A stretch of 63,889 bases of DNA, filler included, from Kipferlia bialata (taxonomy: Eukaryota): the NCBI GenBank assembly GCA_003568945.1. It is 6 parts of 6 records of this genome, joined end to end, with 100 filler letters (N's around TTAATTAATTAA, not from the genome) between each part and the next. Parts side by side here need not be neighbours in the genome. Positions count along the whole stretch, not along the records: positions 28,060 to 41,987 come from BDIP01000883.1; positions 42,088 to 56,013 come from BDIP01000884.1; 4 more parts are not named here. One strand, given 5' to 3'. The translations under genes and the position numbers were made by a program. Of the stretch, positions 39,481 through 52,959 are shown piece by piece. The notes beneath the pieces are model-generated. The model was not told where the DNA came from, ran no database searches, and worked only from the letters and a program-made list of their open reading frames with translations. Each line of letters opens with the position of its first letter. The first letter of the stretch is position 1.

Positions 39481-41860
39481 ACTGTAACACCACTGCCCTG
39501 ACCTGGCTGTCGTAGTCTAGCTGCATCTGCACGGCGGCCAGGAAGTCATCTGGCTTGCCTATGTCCTTCCACATCCCTGGGGTGATGATATGGTATGGTA
39601 TGGTATGATATGATGATGATATGATGATGATGGTATGATATGATGATGATGGTATGATGATTGTATGATAAGGATATGGTATGGTATGATGATTATGGTA
39701 TGATATGATGATGATATGATGATGGTATGATATGATGATGGTATGGAGGGGACACGCACAGGGTATGTGTAGTGTATACACGTGACACTCCTACCTCTGG
39801 CACGTGGAGATATACCAAACCAGTATCAGTATCCAGTGAAGATAGGCATAGCACTCAGTAGGAATAGCCCTATATAAGAGATTATCAGACACTGAGTGTA
39901 TGTGCAACAAGCCCCCCCACCCCCACCCCTACCTGTGTGCTATATATATATATACCTGTGTGCTGGTAGCAGTACATCTCCCCCTTGGCAGCCACCCTTG
40001 GGAATATCTCTCTCTCCATGCTGGTGGGCTTGAGCTGGGGTGGGGGACGGGTACTTGTATACACATACAGGGAGTTGAGGTCCCACCTTGCCCATGTCCA
40101 TACTTGTACATGTGTACATCCGCATATAGTATAGGTATGTATATAATGATACCTTAACCATATCCAGCACTGACGGCTCTATGATGTACACACCCCCATT
40201 GATGAGGTTGCCAACATACGTCTGGGGCTTCTCGACAAACCTAGGGGGTAGGAACATACCAACACAACCAACAACAATCATGATAGCAGATACACACTCT
40301 GCCAGCAGAAGCACAAAAGTAGTGGAACTACTCAGTATACAAATACACTTCTCTATTAATACTATTGACATGCAATACAGGGGGTTGAGGGGACCTAGAG
40401 ACTGTCTTGTTCTGCTCAGAGGGTATACATACATACATATATACACATCCATATATACCTAGACACTGCGTTGTCCTCGTCACACACTATGACGCCAAAG
40501 CGGGACGGGTCTTCGACACTGGTGCCCATGATTGATATCATACCTGGGGGGGGAGGACACACATACACGACAGGGAGGTACATGTGTATACATATACATG
40601 TACATATATATAAATGAGAGAGACACGGAGGGCCCCGGCTGTCCTCACCTCCCTTGTCCCTGTGGAACTGGATCATGGCCTCGAGGGGGTAGTCGCAGAT
40701 GACATCGCTGGGGTCAGGGGTGCATGTAGTATGGGGCATATGATATATATATATATATGATATATGATATATATATATATGAATGGACATGGGAATATGG
40801 GATACAGGCTGTATATGATATGATTCAGGTATAGGACATGGGACATGGCATCAAGACGACCAGAGTGACAATCCACATCCATGCACCCTTGGCCCCATCA
40901 ATCTCAGAATCAATCTCAGAATCAATCTCAGAATCAATCTCAGAATCAATCTCAGAATACATCCCTGTACCTGTCTCAATACATGTCTCAATATATACCA
41001 CCACACCTGTTGCACACAAAGAATGGCTCTGCCTCGGCCCCGTTCTCCGGCATCAGGAGGGGTCTGGCCAGGGCTAGGGGGCCTCCTAGGGATTGGGAGT
41101 ATGGGGAGAGAGTCCAAAGAGGATCAGAGGGGAGAGAGGGATAAAGAGAGAGAGAGAGAGTCAGCAGACGGTGTGGATAGCACCCAATGGCACAGTGACA
41201 CTTTGTCTGAATATATATAAATATACACACATGATCTGTATATACATATATATATATATATATATGCATACATACCTGTCCCTAGAGGCTTTGGCTCGAT
41301 AGAGGACACAATCTTGACATTGTACTGGTCCTCCCACTTGCTGACATACCCTGCCGTAAGTACCCTGACATACAGTATCACAAGACAATGGGTGATTAGG
41401 CAGTGATTATAATATATACATGTATATATAGAGAGAGAGACAGATGATAAGGCGTGTTGAGTATCGTACACACGAGTGAGTGATATACAACAGTGAGGTG
41501 GGATATATGGACCGAAACATAACCAAGTGCCCCTGTCACTGTCACCCACATAGAGACATAGAGACATAGATAGGATACGCAGAATGAGGGACCGATGGTC
41601 ACACTCACCCTGCAGGGTCTGGGGGCAGTAGGACACGGCCAGGATGATGTCGGTCACACCCACACCGGCCAGGGCAGCTATCTGGAGCTGGGGTGGGTAA
41701 CGGGGGGGGCAGCATGGGTCCACTCAATCATAGTATAGTCATATACATACGATATAGCATAAAGTGTATACTGTATAGTATGCATACTGATACCTCAATC
41801 ATGGGTGTGTTGCAAAACTCAATGAGGGGCTTGGGGACAGTGATGGTCAGGGGGCGTAAC
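37640..41860 (-). CDS. GMPPB: Mannose-1-phosphate guanylyltransferase (GDP-mannose pyrophosphorylase); first exon(s) missing at the contig edge
   Basis: Exons read RLRPLTITVPKPLIEFCNTPMI, DIILAVSY, EPKPLGT/GGPLALA, EPFFVCNSDVICDYPL, VEDPSRFGVIV, RFVEKPQTYVGNLINGGVY, TSMEREIFP and GMWKDIGKPDDFL. The hexapeptide tail ends ...VLPHKALKESIWEAQIVM*. Confidence 0.93.
39580..39745. repeat. Intronic (GAT/GGTAT/ATG) compound microsatellite
   Basis: Visible run of gatgat/ggtatg units inside a GMPPB intron. Confidence 0.85.
40897..40958. repeat. Intronic 12-bp minisatellite (atcaatctcaga)x5
   Basis: Perfect tandem copies in a GMPPB intron. Confidence 0.9.
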
Positions 41861-42217
41861 CTGAGGTCATAGAAGTGGAGAGGCCTGGGTCTGGGTATAC
41901 ATCTATATACACCCATACACATATATACCGATACAATGAGGAGAGCAACGGGGGGGGGGGGGGGGAAATTCATAAAATTTGTTTTTTNNNNNNNNNNNNN
42001 NNNNNNNNNNNNNNNNNNNNNNNNNNNNNNNTTAATTAATTAANNNNNNNNNNNNNNNNNNNNNNNNNNNNNNNNNNNNNNNNNNNNTGACTGACAGTCT
42101 CTCTCTCTCTCTCTCTGTCTCTCTCCCCCCCCTCTCTTACCCAGACACCGACTCCCTGTCTGACAGTCTCTCTCTCTCTCTCTCTCTCTGTCTCTTTTTC
42201 TGCCCTCTCTTACCCAG

Positions 42218-42771
42218 ACACCGACTCCCTGTCTGGCACCACCGACAGTGCCGCAGCAGCCACAGCCATATCGACAGGGCAGAGGGTGCAGAACGGGAGG
42301 TTGGTATATACTATATCCCCTCCAGTTCATGTCTTCCCCAATTGTGTCTGCTCTATGTACATTGCAAAGTGTGTCTATCAAGTGTCTGACTCCTGTCTCT
42401 GATACTGGACTCTGACCCTTCAGACTGAACTCCTCTGTGCAGTACCCCCAGGACTATGAGACACTGTTGCAGTACTTGACAGACACAGAGGGGGGGAGGT
42501 ATATATGTATAGAGAGAGCGTATATATAGTACATAAAGGGAGAGACTATTACAGTACCTGACAGACACAGAGGGGGGGAGGTATATATACATATGTAGTG
42601 TAGTATAATACTTCACATATATGATCAGAATGGTTGAAAGAGAGATACTTTTACAGTACCTGACAGACACAGAGGGGGGGGATCAGGTGAGTTTATGTAC
42701 TGACCCCAACTTGGTAGTTACTTACTGGCAGAGACTACCTCACCGGTGTTATCTCCAAGACAGACGTCATC

Positions 42772-42821
<50 letters not shown>

Positions 42822-45210
42822 CCATCTCACTCCCAGAGACTACCTCACCGGCGTCATCTCCAAGACCACCCTGTACCATGCCACCCCAGCTGGGTTCATC
42901 GCACACGAGGCGTCCAGAGGGAGCTATGCAGACATAGGTGAGACCATACTATTGGTAGATGCTCTCCAATACTCTAACCCAGCCTCTGACATCATCGAGT
43001 CCCAGCCTGACCTACTCATGGGTGGGGGCAGTGAGTATCTGTCGAGTCTGCTGGGGACAGCGGCACAGCCCAGTACGGACAGGTGGGTGGATAGCTCCTG
43101 AGTAGAGTAGAGAGTAGAGAGAGAGTATAGTGTTGATCATCTATACTCATACGCAAGGTCGTCGCTTCCAGGCCTGACCACGTCTCTCCCTGTCGTGGGT
43201 CTGTACTCCAGTGGGTACATGCATCAGGTAGGGGGTATCATGAAGACACACAGTGTGCAAGCCTCGTAGCGTCAGTGATTCACTGACATACGCTTCAAGA
43301 GAAACCCTTGTCATCTTCCTCACCACCAGGTTGTGCAGCGTGATCCAGACGCATCAGAGACACAACCTACATTGCCTGAGATGGCATCTGCCGCACTGGC
43401 TGTGATGCAGGTATGTAGATTATATACCACAGTACTGTGTTGTGTCTAGTTCTCTGGCAGTGTTGGAGGAATGCAAGGGATGGACGAAGTGACTGTGCCT
43501 GTCTTGGAGTGTTATGGGTGCCCACCTCAGGCTGCTTCCGCTGAGCAGGGTAGGCCCTTCGCCCTAGTGATAGAGGCCTCATTCCCAGACCATGGTACGA
43601 TGAATCATCATTGATGATACGTCATTCAGTATTGGACTCCATACAAGAGTGTCATCACACTATGCATAGTGTCCTCCCACACCAGGTAGCCATGCCAACA
43701 ATGCCAATGTTGCCATGACAGAGGTATGAGTGATGAGATACCCCCAGATAGCCACTCACTCTCTACTATAACTGACAACAGGTCATTGAGCTCCACGAAG
43801 CAGTGCGGGACACCCTTGACGCCATAGACCTGTCCAACACCCTTCTGTTAGTGACAGCGGACCACGAGACAGGTGACTTCATTAGTATCTCGCACAGTAG
43901 TCCCTGGCGATCTATTAACCTATGATTGCATACTCTGACCACTAGGCAAGCTCGACCTTAACGCCACTGAGGTAGCCGAGGCACTCGCTGCCTGTGGTGT
44001 GTCTGCCCCAGCTGCCACTGGATACAGAGACATAGACACAGTGGCACAGGCCAGGCAGGACAGGTGGGGGTATGATGCCACCAGTTTAGGGATACTCTAC
44101 CGATACCTCTCTGACCCTAGAATCGATGCGTTAGGTAGCTCCTACTCCTGGGGCAGTGGGGGACATACGTCAAGGTATCAGAAGTGTCATTGCTGAGAGC
44201 TGTGTAGCGTATCACTACAACTGGATGAGGAGAGAGCGTGGGGCATACACCCACTAACCCAGGCATGTCCTTCTGGCTGGCAGTGGTCCAGGATCAGATG
44301 CCATAGGGGGACTCAACGGGTGGCTGGGGTCGCACAAAGGTATGATTGAATTGTCTTATACCGATTTTGACCAAGCAAGTGTGTGTGTATAGGCAGGGGG
44401 TCTGTATCCACTCTCAGAGTGGACCACTCTGGTTATGTGTCTAACCCAGGAACCGCCCAGATTCTAAGGAGTGTTGCTGGTGATGGCTGGACAGTGTCTG
44501 CTGACTATGGTAGTCCCTCTGTCCACTCAGTCTTTGAGGACGGATACACATGCGCCTGTAGCATAGGGGAGATTATCGAGGAGGACTGCTCCTGCGATGT
44601 ATATGGGGAGAGGGTGTACTACCTGTCACCAGTGGATGAGTTCGGAACACCCCTGACCTCTGAGCCCATGGGTACGTGGTATGCATGCCCCACCACCCAG
44701 AGTCCAGTGGCGTGCACCAACAGGATACACTGGAGTGATGAGTCAGCCACATATGCCCTCACCCTGGAGACACAGGAGCTGCGTAGGGTGTGTGCAGATA
44801 CCAACGGTGCCACTCCATGCAACATATCTGTGACGCTCTACCCAGACAGTGTGTCTACAGTTGGGGCATTCACCCTTACTATACCGGCCGCGTGCACTCA
44901 CATTGAGAGCCCTCCAATGCTGGTGCCTCTAGTCTTGGCTACTGCGGTCATTACAGTACTCATAGTGGGAGGCATTGCAGTCTGTGTACGCTCTGCATAC
45001 CCAAAGAAGGTCACGGTCCTCGCTACAGGGTTAGAGAAGGCTAACGGGATACCTGAGGAGGGAGGCACGCAGGAGTCTTGCGTCGCTGCAGTTAAGCAGG
45101 TATCCATTCCAAGAGAGGTCAGAGATGCGAGTTCATTGGGAGAGGGTGACGATGATGTGTGTATCGAGATGACCAGTGGTTCTGGTAACGGAGGAGTGCT
45201 CAAAGCATAA
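42218..45210 (+). CDS. Alkaline phosphatase with a Cys-containing C-terminal extension and a single TM helix; 5' end off the contig
   Basis: Motifs TDSAAAATAISTGQRVQNG (catalytic Ser), YHATPAGFIAH..SR, DLLMGGG, PTLPEM, VIEASFPDHGSHAN, TLLLVTADHETG and GGHTS. The last exon has the TM segment LVPLVLATAVITVLIVGGIAVCV. Confidence 0.9.
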
Positions 45211-45498
45211 TGGATAGTCGATATCAAAAAGAAGGGTTCATCTATATCTATCTGCTTAACATAGCACAAATTCTTAAAGAGAAATATATGACGCGTAGTA
45301 AGGGTCACGACTCCCTTACATCTGGTTATCAGGGCAGAGTCTGCGTCACAGGGAGAAAAGTGACATACGTGTGGTCGAATTCATCAACTGTACGGTAACT
45401 TGTCAAGGCACCACTTGTCACTGTCCACTTGTCAGACTGCCAATGCTGCCACACCACCTTCTCTTTCACTCGTCTTTCCATACTAAGTGTGAAGGAGA

Positions 45499-47286
45499 TG
45501 CGCCAACGACTACTCTGTGTCGTTGCGCTGCTGTTGCTATGTGTGGGGTGTTCTCTGGCGTCAAGTGAGAGCTGCCCGGTGTGTTGGACTGAGACCGAGG
45601 AAGACAGGACTTTCCCTGACTTCAAGGACAATACAGCACTAGGTCGGTCTCTTCGAGCACTGCTTTACATACTTAGTCACCACAATTGGGATCTTGTGTC
45701 TCGTATGTATCCCTGTGCTGCCGTATCCGAGAGTATTGACTCCATGTCACACAACTGGTCGTTCCGTGTAGGGATATACAAATCACCTCTCTTCTCTTAC
45801 ATCTCTCAGTTATAACTGATTCAGCGTGTTATTCTTTCATATACAGGTTAGAACCTTCCTATAGTGAAATCACCGGTATGTAGAAGGGCTTTTGTGTTCC
45901 TCTACTACGTGACTTTCAAGAGTTCAAAAACACTACACCCTCAATATGGGGTTGGATTCCTCTTAGTCACTTACCCCAGTTTGCCCTGACACTCCCTCAG
46001 GCAAAGCAGGGTGTTATCCGCTGTGGTGAGTTGACTTCCATTGTCTCACTAACACTTTCACGATAAGAAGACTTGTTGACAAGAACTCCGTCAATGCTTC
46101 TCAAATCGTTCAAATCATAATGTAGTATTATGCCTCTTCTCTCATTCTTCCTTGTTAATCCCAGTTTCCAAGGTCCCGACTCCATTGAGAAGAACCCACC
46201 CCTGACTGTTACGATAGACGCTGACGATGTCGTCCTAGCAGGTAATGAACTCTGTGTCACTATCATTAAGAGATTGTCAGGGTATGCGTGTCTATACATA
46301 TCAAACACCATAAAGGTGTAGGACCTACACTGTAGGTAGTATTTACTTGTGTGGGCCATCACATTAGTCACCCTGACAGGATGCAACTGTGTCAATCTAT
46401 TGATTCCAGGTGTGTTTGCCTACGATGCCTTGCTGTGGCTACGTGACAGATCACACTCCATTGGAGTATCATGGTGAGTGATATATATATATTCTGGGCC
46501 CAACATTACGTCCATACAATGACTAATTCCTCTGATTCTGAATTGTATGTCTCTGCTGAGCTCAGGGCCAACGAGTGCTTCTCTGTCATCATTGGTGGCG
46601 CCATCATTGTAACTCTCCTCCACTGCTGCTGTGCAGATGGGTGCTGTTGGTCGTTGCGGTATGATCACGCGACATGTCCCATTTGTGACAGTTACTATAT
46701 GTCGTCTGCACTCTCCTATCCGGATCACCCCAGTTCACACTGCCAAGAGGGATGCACGACTATCTGTTGCTGCAGATGCTGCTGCCCGGTATGTAGCTTA
46801 CTGTGTGTTACCGTGGGAAATTCCCACTGGGAATACGATCATACTTTGTACTCCATCTCCAAACGAGGAATTTCATTTTCGTAGCACCTATGTAGTCCCA
46901 GTTTCTGTCGGTATTACTCTCAGGAGCCGTATACAATGATAATGGCATACCTGGTGCGTATGGCTAACCCATTCATCTGTATCAATGTGTCTGACACGTG
47001 TTCGATGGTTAACCCCATAACTAACGACCAGACAATGAAAGCTAATGCCAAGTCGAAGTACGAAAGGTAATACGCAAAGCGGATATCAGACTTGGCGGTA
47101 TGTACAAAACTATCCATGTCCGGCAGCATTATACACTATGTACAATCTCGGGACTAACAGTATTCCTTGTGAGTCACAAGTTGTGACTCCTTAATCACTC
47201 AGCCAGAGTGCCATTCTCTCACACAGGACAAGGAGCAGAGTAACACACAGTGTTGCTGCTGTAGCCCAAGACTCTACATTGGGTGA
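45499..47286 (+). CDS. Type I membrane protein with signal peptide and Cys-rich cytoplasmic tail
   Basis: Signal peptide MRQRLLCVVALLLLCVGCSLA; TM segment CFSVIIGGAIIVTLL followed by HCCCADGCC and CTTICCCRCCCP; last exon ...NTQCCCCSPRLYIG*. Confidence 0.55.
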
Positions 47287-47428
47287 GACACCCTGTTTGA
47301 CATACATTATTATATTATATTATATTATAATACATTATTATATTATATTATATTACTATATTTTGAAGTCATAAAGAAGGGATTCTCATCACTAAATAGC
47401 CAACTTCCATTTGTATCCGAGAGTAGAT

Positions 47429-50400
47429 ATGAGTTGTCTCACTGCCAGATGGTGGCGCCGCCTGTTCTTCTGGGTAGACTTCACTAAGGGCAAGGAAGAG
47501 GTCAACGTAACTCGGGTATGATCACGGTATACGACACATATACCGTCTGTTGAGTGTTGACATTTACTATATGTTCATTCGTTGTCGACCCTTTTGTTTC
47601 TGCCTGTTAGTCTTGGACTCTGTGACTATACTACTATAATAGTATTTGCAACGGAGTTCTGTCATTAATTGTCTCATTGTTCAGCTTGATGCACGTATTG
47701 GAGTGACCAGGAAGGTGAAAGATGGAGACCTTTACCTTGCTAACGAAGGGTCTACCAACCTTGTAGGTACATTACATTACAGGAGTATACACGTAGCTGT
47801 ATTGTCACTTCTTAGTAGTCTTATTACACTCTCACTAACAGGCGGATGCATTTCCCTCATCCTCCATATCGTGGGAGCAGGCATGGTAGGGTGGACTATC
47901 TTTGCCACTCTGCGCAAGTATGAGCATCCACTGGACCTCCCCAAGGTATCTTGGACAGTATTATGTAATATCCAAGACTCTTCCAGATTCTATAATGACA
48001 ATTGTCTTTCTTCACGGACGTTGTCCATATTGCACCCACGGTAGTTTTACGTTTGACTGGAGGTCCTGATTCTCACCCCAGGATCTTTACGGACCCATGA
48101 GGCCAGACGAACCTCCATGCCTACGCGAGAGGTACATTGTGTACATGGTGCCAAATATCTACATCACTAGGTCTCAGGGAAACTACCCCGTCACTCCAGG
48201 TATGTTGAGACTGTGCCCTACAGTAGCCTTGATGTTACCATCGGAAAGTACCTAGGTACGTAGCCTTATACAAGGCACTGTGGGTCGTTGCAATGTATAC
48301 ACGTATGTTCTACAGGGACCAGTGCTCATTGAATTTCACTCCAGACACGAACTTGGCAGCCAACGACAACCTTTACGTAATTGAGGCTCTATCAGGTATG
48401 TCACAGTGTCATATGACACAGCTGAAAATCATGGTCTTCGCCATCACAGTAATTGTTACAGTTTTCATCTTTGAGCGTGGCATTGTGTTACAAAATATGT
48501 GTATACACCTCATGTTAGGCTCTGACTGGGGAGCGAAGTGTCTACCCACCAGTGCATCTATAGAGGCCATGTCCTTCACGGACAAGACCAGGTGTGTGTC
48601 TCTTGTCTATTCTTTCCGTCCCACAATAATCTAGGATAGTGAATTCCTAAGACTACTGCCAGACTCATCTTCTCCACCAGTGCCGGTACGCTGCCCTTCG
48701 AGGCACTGCCCAGCCTGGGGGTGGGGAGCAAGGACATTCCAACAACTGTAGCGGAGCTCAGGTGAGGATAGTGTCTTTGATCAATACAGGAGACAATTCT
48801 ACAAATATGAGTAGAGCCCTGTAGCGTTCTGACAAAGCAGGTCTGCTGACTGTGTGACAGTAAAGACCTCTGGATGTAACCTCATGGGTAAGGACAGAAA
48901 CAGTATACTAGATGATAGAACTGAGTTGTGTGTGACCGAGGACACAACTGATCCCTAACTTCCAGGTGGTGCCCCCTGCAGCGCCACATACACAGACCCC
49001 AAGTACGTCACTCTTTGTATCTAAAGATCGTATTGTATCTATACATGACTGAATCTTACCCTAGCAACACATTCAATCCTCTGGTCAGTTACGGTTGTTA
49101 CAAAGACGCAGGTGGAACCTACCACCACATCAGGTAAGACTAGGTCTCATAGACATGCGTGTAGCTGTGCAGTATCTCAAAATACCGATTGGTAACGGTC
49201 TCTGATAACAACAATGACACATATCGGACTCTACTACTTATGATGCTAAGTGATGATGATGACCAACAATTATTGTTGGCAACAATATTATCTCACACAG
49301 CGCTGTGTCCCTATCATGGGCTGCCGGCTACCCGTCCTTCACAGACATGACATTCAATGTCATGATGAGGCCCGCCTCCGAGGTGTGAACAGCTCACTCA
49401 ATATGGTCACATGTCTGGTGTGAGTCTCTATTGGTTCATACATACTTGTGCATTCTAACCTCAGGGACAATTCACACAGTTCGGTTTAGACGTCAGTACC
49501 GTCAGGTATTTTGCAGTATGTAAAGATGATGTCTACGTGTATTCATTGCTAAAGTGAGACTATAACACCCTCTTTCTCTTGTGCCTCCAATTATGCGCAC
49601 TCAGCTAATACACCTTGTTTCTACTATATGAATAGACATAACTATAGTAACACATACTCTTTTGATCCAAGCTCTGTGACTCATGTCAGGACCCACGTCT
49701 TCCCTGCCACGTTCAACCAGTACCTCATCACTGATGTTGTTGATGGCCAGGACACGGTGGAGCCTCTCATCAAGGGGCCCACGGCGGTACGTCGTATGTA
49801 CAATGTGGGAGCAGACAATCATATGCAAGTGTAGTCTACGCCTTGCACCTATGGTTGCATTTATCTGGAGCATGTATACCATTCTGAATTGTTTTTCAAT
49901 TATGCATGGCCTAAACTCCAGCTTACTGGCTTGTTGTCTGTGCGTCTAGGGTGGTGGCAGGAAGACATGGCATACCCCAGGTATCAAAGTTTGATTCAAA
50001 CATAATTGCATTAATGCAACTAACAGTGAAGTCAGTACTACAGTAGTACTACTACTCGTCTCCTGCACTTGCCAACACAGTCATGTGAAGCACTCTGCAT
50101 GAAATTACTCGATTGTGTTCTCTTTGTTAGCACTTACGCCAGGGATGACATGTCAGAAGAGGATGAGGCAACTGTGAGGGATGTAATTGTACCCGAGATC
50201 ATAGCCTCCTACGGCAAGACGGAGAGGTGTGTGTGCACTGTCAGTACAACTGACAGAGAACACTGTCTCAAGCATTATGCATTGATCTGTATTAACTCTC
50301 TGTCTTTCTCACCCTCAGCGACGTCCAGGAGTACACAGATCTGATCTGGAACCCCTTTGTTGAGAACAAGTTTCTGCAGGAGAATGACCCCTCGACTCCA

Positions 50401-52394
50401 GAGAATGATGTTGGCCGGCAGGATCCACTGAGAAGAGCGGTGCGTTACAGCTACTACAGAGCATTATCAAATCCTCAACACGATGTTTGTGTGAGTGATA
50501 CTTGTAACGGCAGGCCATGTGGGACGCTGAGCGCGAGATTCACTCAACCGTCGGGCCTCTACCCACAATCGCTATCGTGGCTGACAACCAGAACCCTGCA
50601 AGTGCGTAAGAATAGCAATTCTTCAGATACTATACAGTTCTTCCGGCTGTGTCTCTACCTCCATTCTTTGGTATTAATAGCAGTCTGTGACTCACAGAGG
50701 TAATTACAACCATGTTTCTAAACTCTTAATAGTAACCTGCCAGACATGTGCACCACAAGAGGTGTTGACGACAACTACTACTTCCACGGTGGTCTATGTG
50801 AGGTCATGATTGAAGGTACCACTTGGGTTCTGAAGTCACACAGTCAACGGAATCCCTTATCTACAAGTCATTCTCCTCATATCAGGTGACAGCTTGCCCG
50901 ACTATGACTATGTGTCGCAACAGCCGGACACCGTCCTCTGCGGCACCCAGCAGTTCTCAGTCGAGAGCCAGATGCTCACCCTGAGAGGTAACATCAGATA
51001 ACAGCCGTCGAATATCGTTGATAGTACTATGTAAGGTAGAGGGTCTCCATTGTATCACAGTAACTCCAGGCTGGTGCAAGCGGCACTTCTTCTTCAACGG
51101 GGACCAGGTACGACACTTGACATGACTGCTGCGTCATGATAATTCTCTATGTAGATGTATTGTGTACCTGTATTCATCGTCCAATTTGAGTACTAATTCA
51201 GGATGATCCCTGCCCAGGCCAGACAGTGTACTACGCATCACTCATCTTCACAATCGAGAGGTATTCATACACGTATTATACAAACAGCATGAGTAGCATA
51301 GTCACTGAGACTTCTATAGTGTTTAGTTGCCTTCTCATACCCAGCGACCCATCTGTGTGCCTAGCAACCGATGCCGCGGCCACCGAGGGCCTGTCGGTGT
51401 CACTTCACCACACCATCAGCGACCAGGTATGCTCTCCATGTACTGTCACCACTATATAACTAACAGTGACTTGAAATACCCACTTTCATACAACTCATTG
51501 GTATGTTCTAACATAGAGTTAAACTGGAACTAATTTCAGGTCACCTCTGTCAAGTATGACAATCTGCGTCGCACCAACCTTCTCTGGTCTGTCTTGATGA
51601 TAGCTGTTGGCTTTTTCAGCATCAAGACAGCGCTGACACTACTCCACAAGATCAACGGGTATGAACACTACAAGTATCTTGTCTGTTAAGATTCTAGTGT
51701 CTATCGAGTCTCGCGATTTGACGTGTTCTAAGGACAATAGCCTATTGTCAATAGGGCTTGAAGATCACCCACTTTACTCTTACCACTCAGGCCAGAGATT
51801 CCAAAGGCCACGGAGAAACAAAGGAGGCTTCGGACACTGGTATGTTTCGTATAGCGTGTTGAGACAGTGAATGGACGCCGCAGCACATGCTAGCCATCGA
51901 TGCCTTCGACGAAATCGCACATACATAACTAATGATTCCCCACGAAATAACGAGACTTACCCAAGATCAACAAGTCTCCGAACATGTCGCTTGATAGTGT
52001 ATTGAAGCAGCCCCTCTCAGATGCCGCAACCCAACATACGCCGCCTTGCACTGGAGTACCAGAAGACACAGGCACTAGCCGCCAGTCTGGCAACAAGACG
52101 GCCATTAGCCCCTCTGGTGTGTCACTAGGGACACTCTTGTCTGGGACGGATCCTGTGTCAGCCAAGCATACCAAGCCACCACGCAGGCAGCCTCTAACCA
52201 CAGCAAATGGAAAGGGTTCACAGCCTGTAAACCGTTCACAGGCACTCTGTGTTCAGCTGAGCCAGACCAGATCCATGAAGGAAGTGCATGAGTCCAAGAA
52301 CCGTGGCAAGAGACAGGGAAGGAAGCCAGAGAAGGACAAGGAGGGCCGTGTGAGTGCTGCCGACTCCGCCTATTCCGGTCCATACAGTGTGTGA
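47429..52394 (+). CDS. Two-transmembrane protein with a large luminal/extracellular loop, many exons
   Basis: N-terminus MSCLTARWWRRLFFWVDF...; TM1 STNLVGGCISLILHIVGAGMVGWTIF; many loop exons; TM2 LLWSVLMIAVGFFSI near 51580; low-complexity tail (ORF 51984-52394). Confidence 0.55.
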
Positions 52395-52959
52395 GAGGGT
52401 GCTACTCGCTCAGGCAGAGACACTAGACATCAGACTCACACTGGGAGCCATTGAATGGTTTAGCGTGGGGATTACTGTTCCCTTTACAAGGTGACTCTCC
52501 AATAGATTTGAATTTTAGCATTCGTGCATGCTCTGCGTGAGTGTCTATTCCATTCAACCTGATCCAGATAGCATTTGCCTGTCAGAAGTTCTCCACGTTG
52601 GAGAGACGCAGCATATAGTATACATATGATTGACTCTAGGGTGCCATTATGAACACAGGTAGCATTATCAAGGGAACTGGAGAGAAATTTCTTATTTACA
52701 GTGTATAATACGCTAGACGATGACTTTGCCTCAAATTTTCTATGTTTCGCTGATGCATCAGGTATACATCATGTTTGCTTGAGTATATACTGGTCTTTAC
52801 ATACCAAGGACGATACTTGTATACCACTGAACCTGCTAAGGCAACATTTACATAATGTGGGTAAGGCATCAACCGATATCTCCGAAATACTCAGTCGATG
52901 GAAAAACGAGGCAACAGATATGTACCCACAACCCTCTATTTCCTTTCCTCGAATAGTAG

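Noticed and set aside
37593..39781. Y/I/H-rich ORFs (YIYIY, HHII, SLSLS) here and throughout the ORF track
   Set aside because: They are translations of intronic (TA)n, (GA)n, (CA)n and (GAT)n microsatellites.
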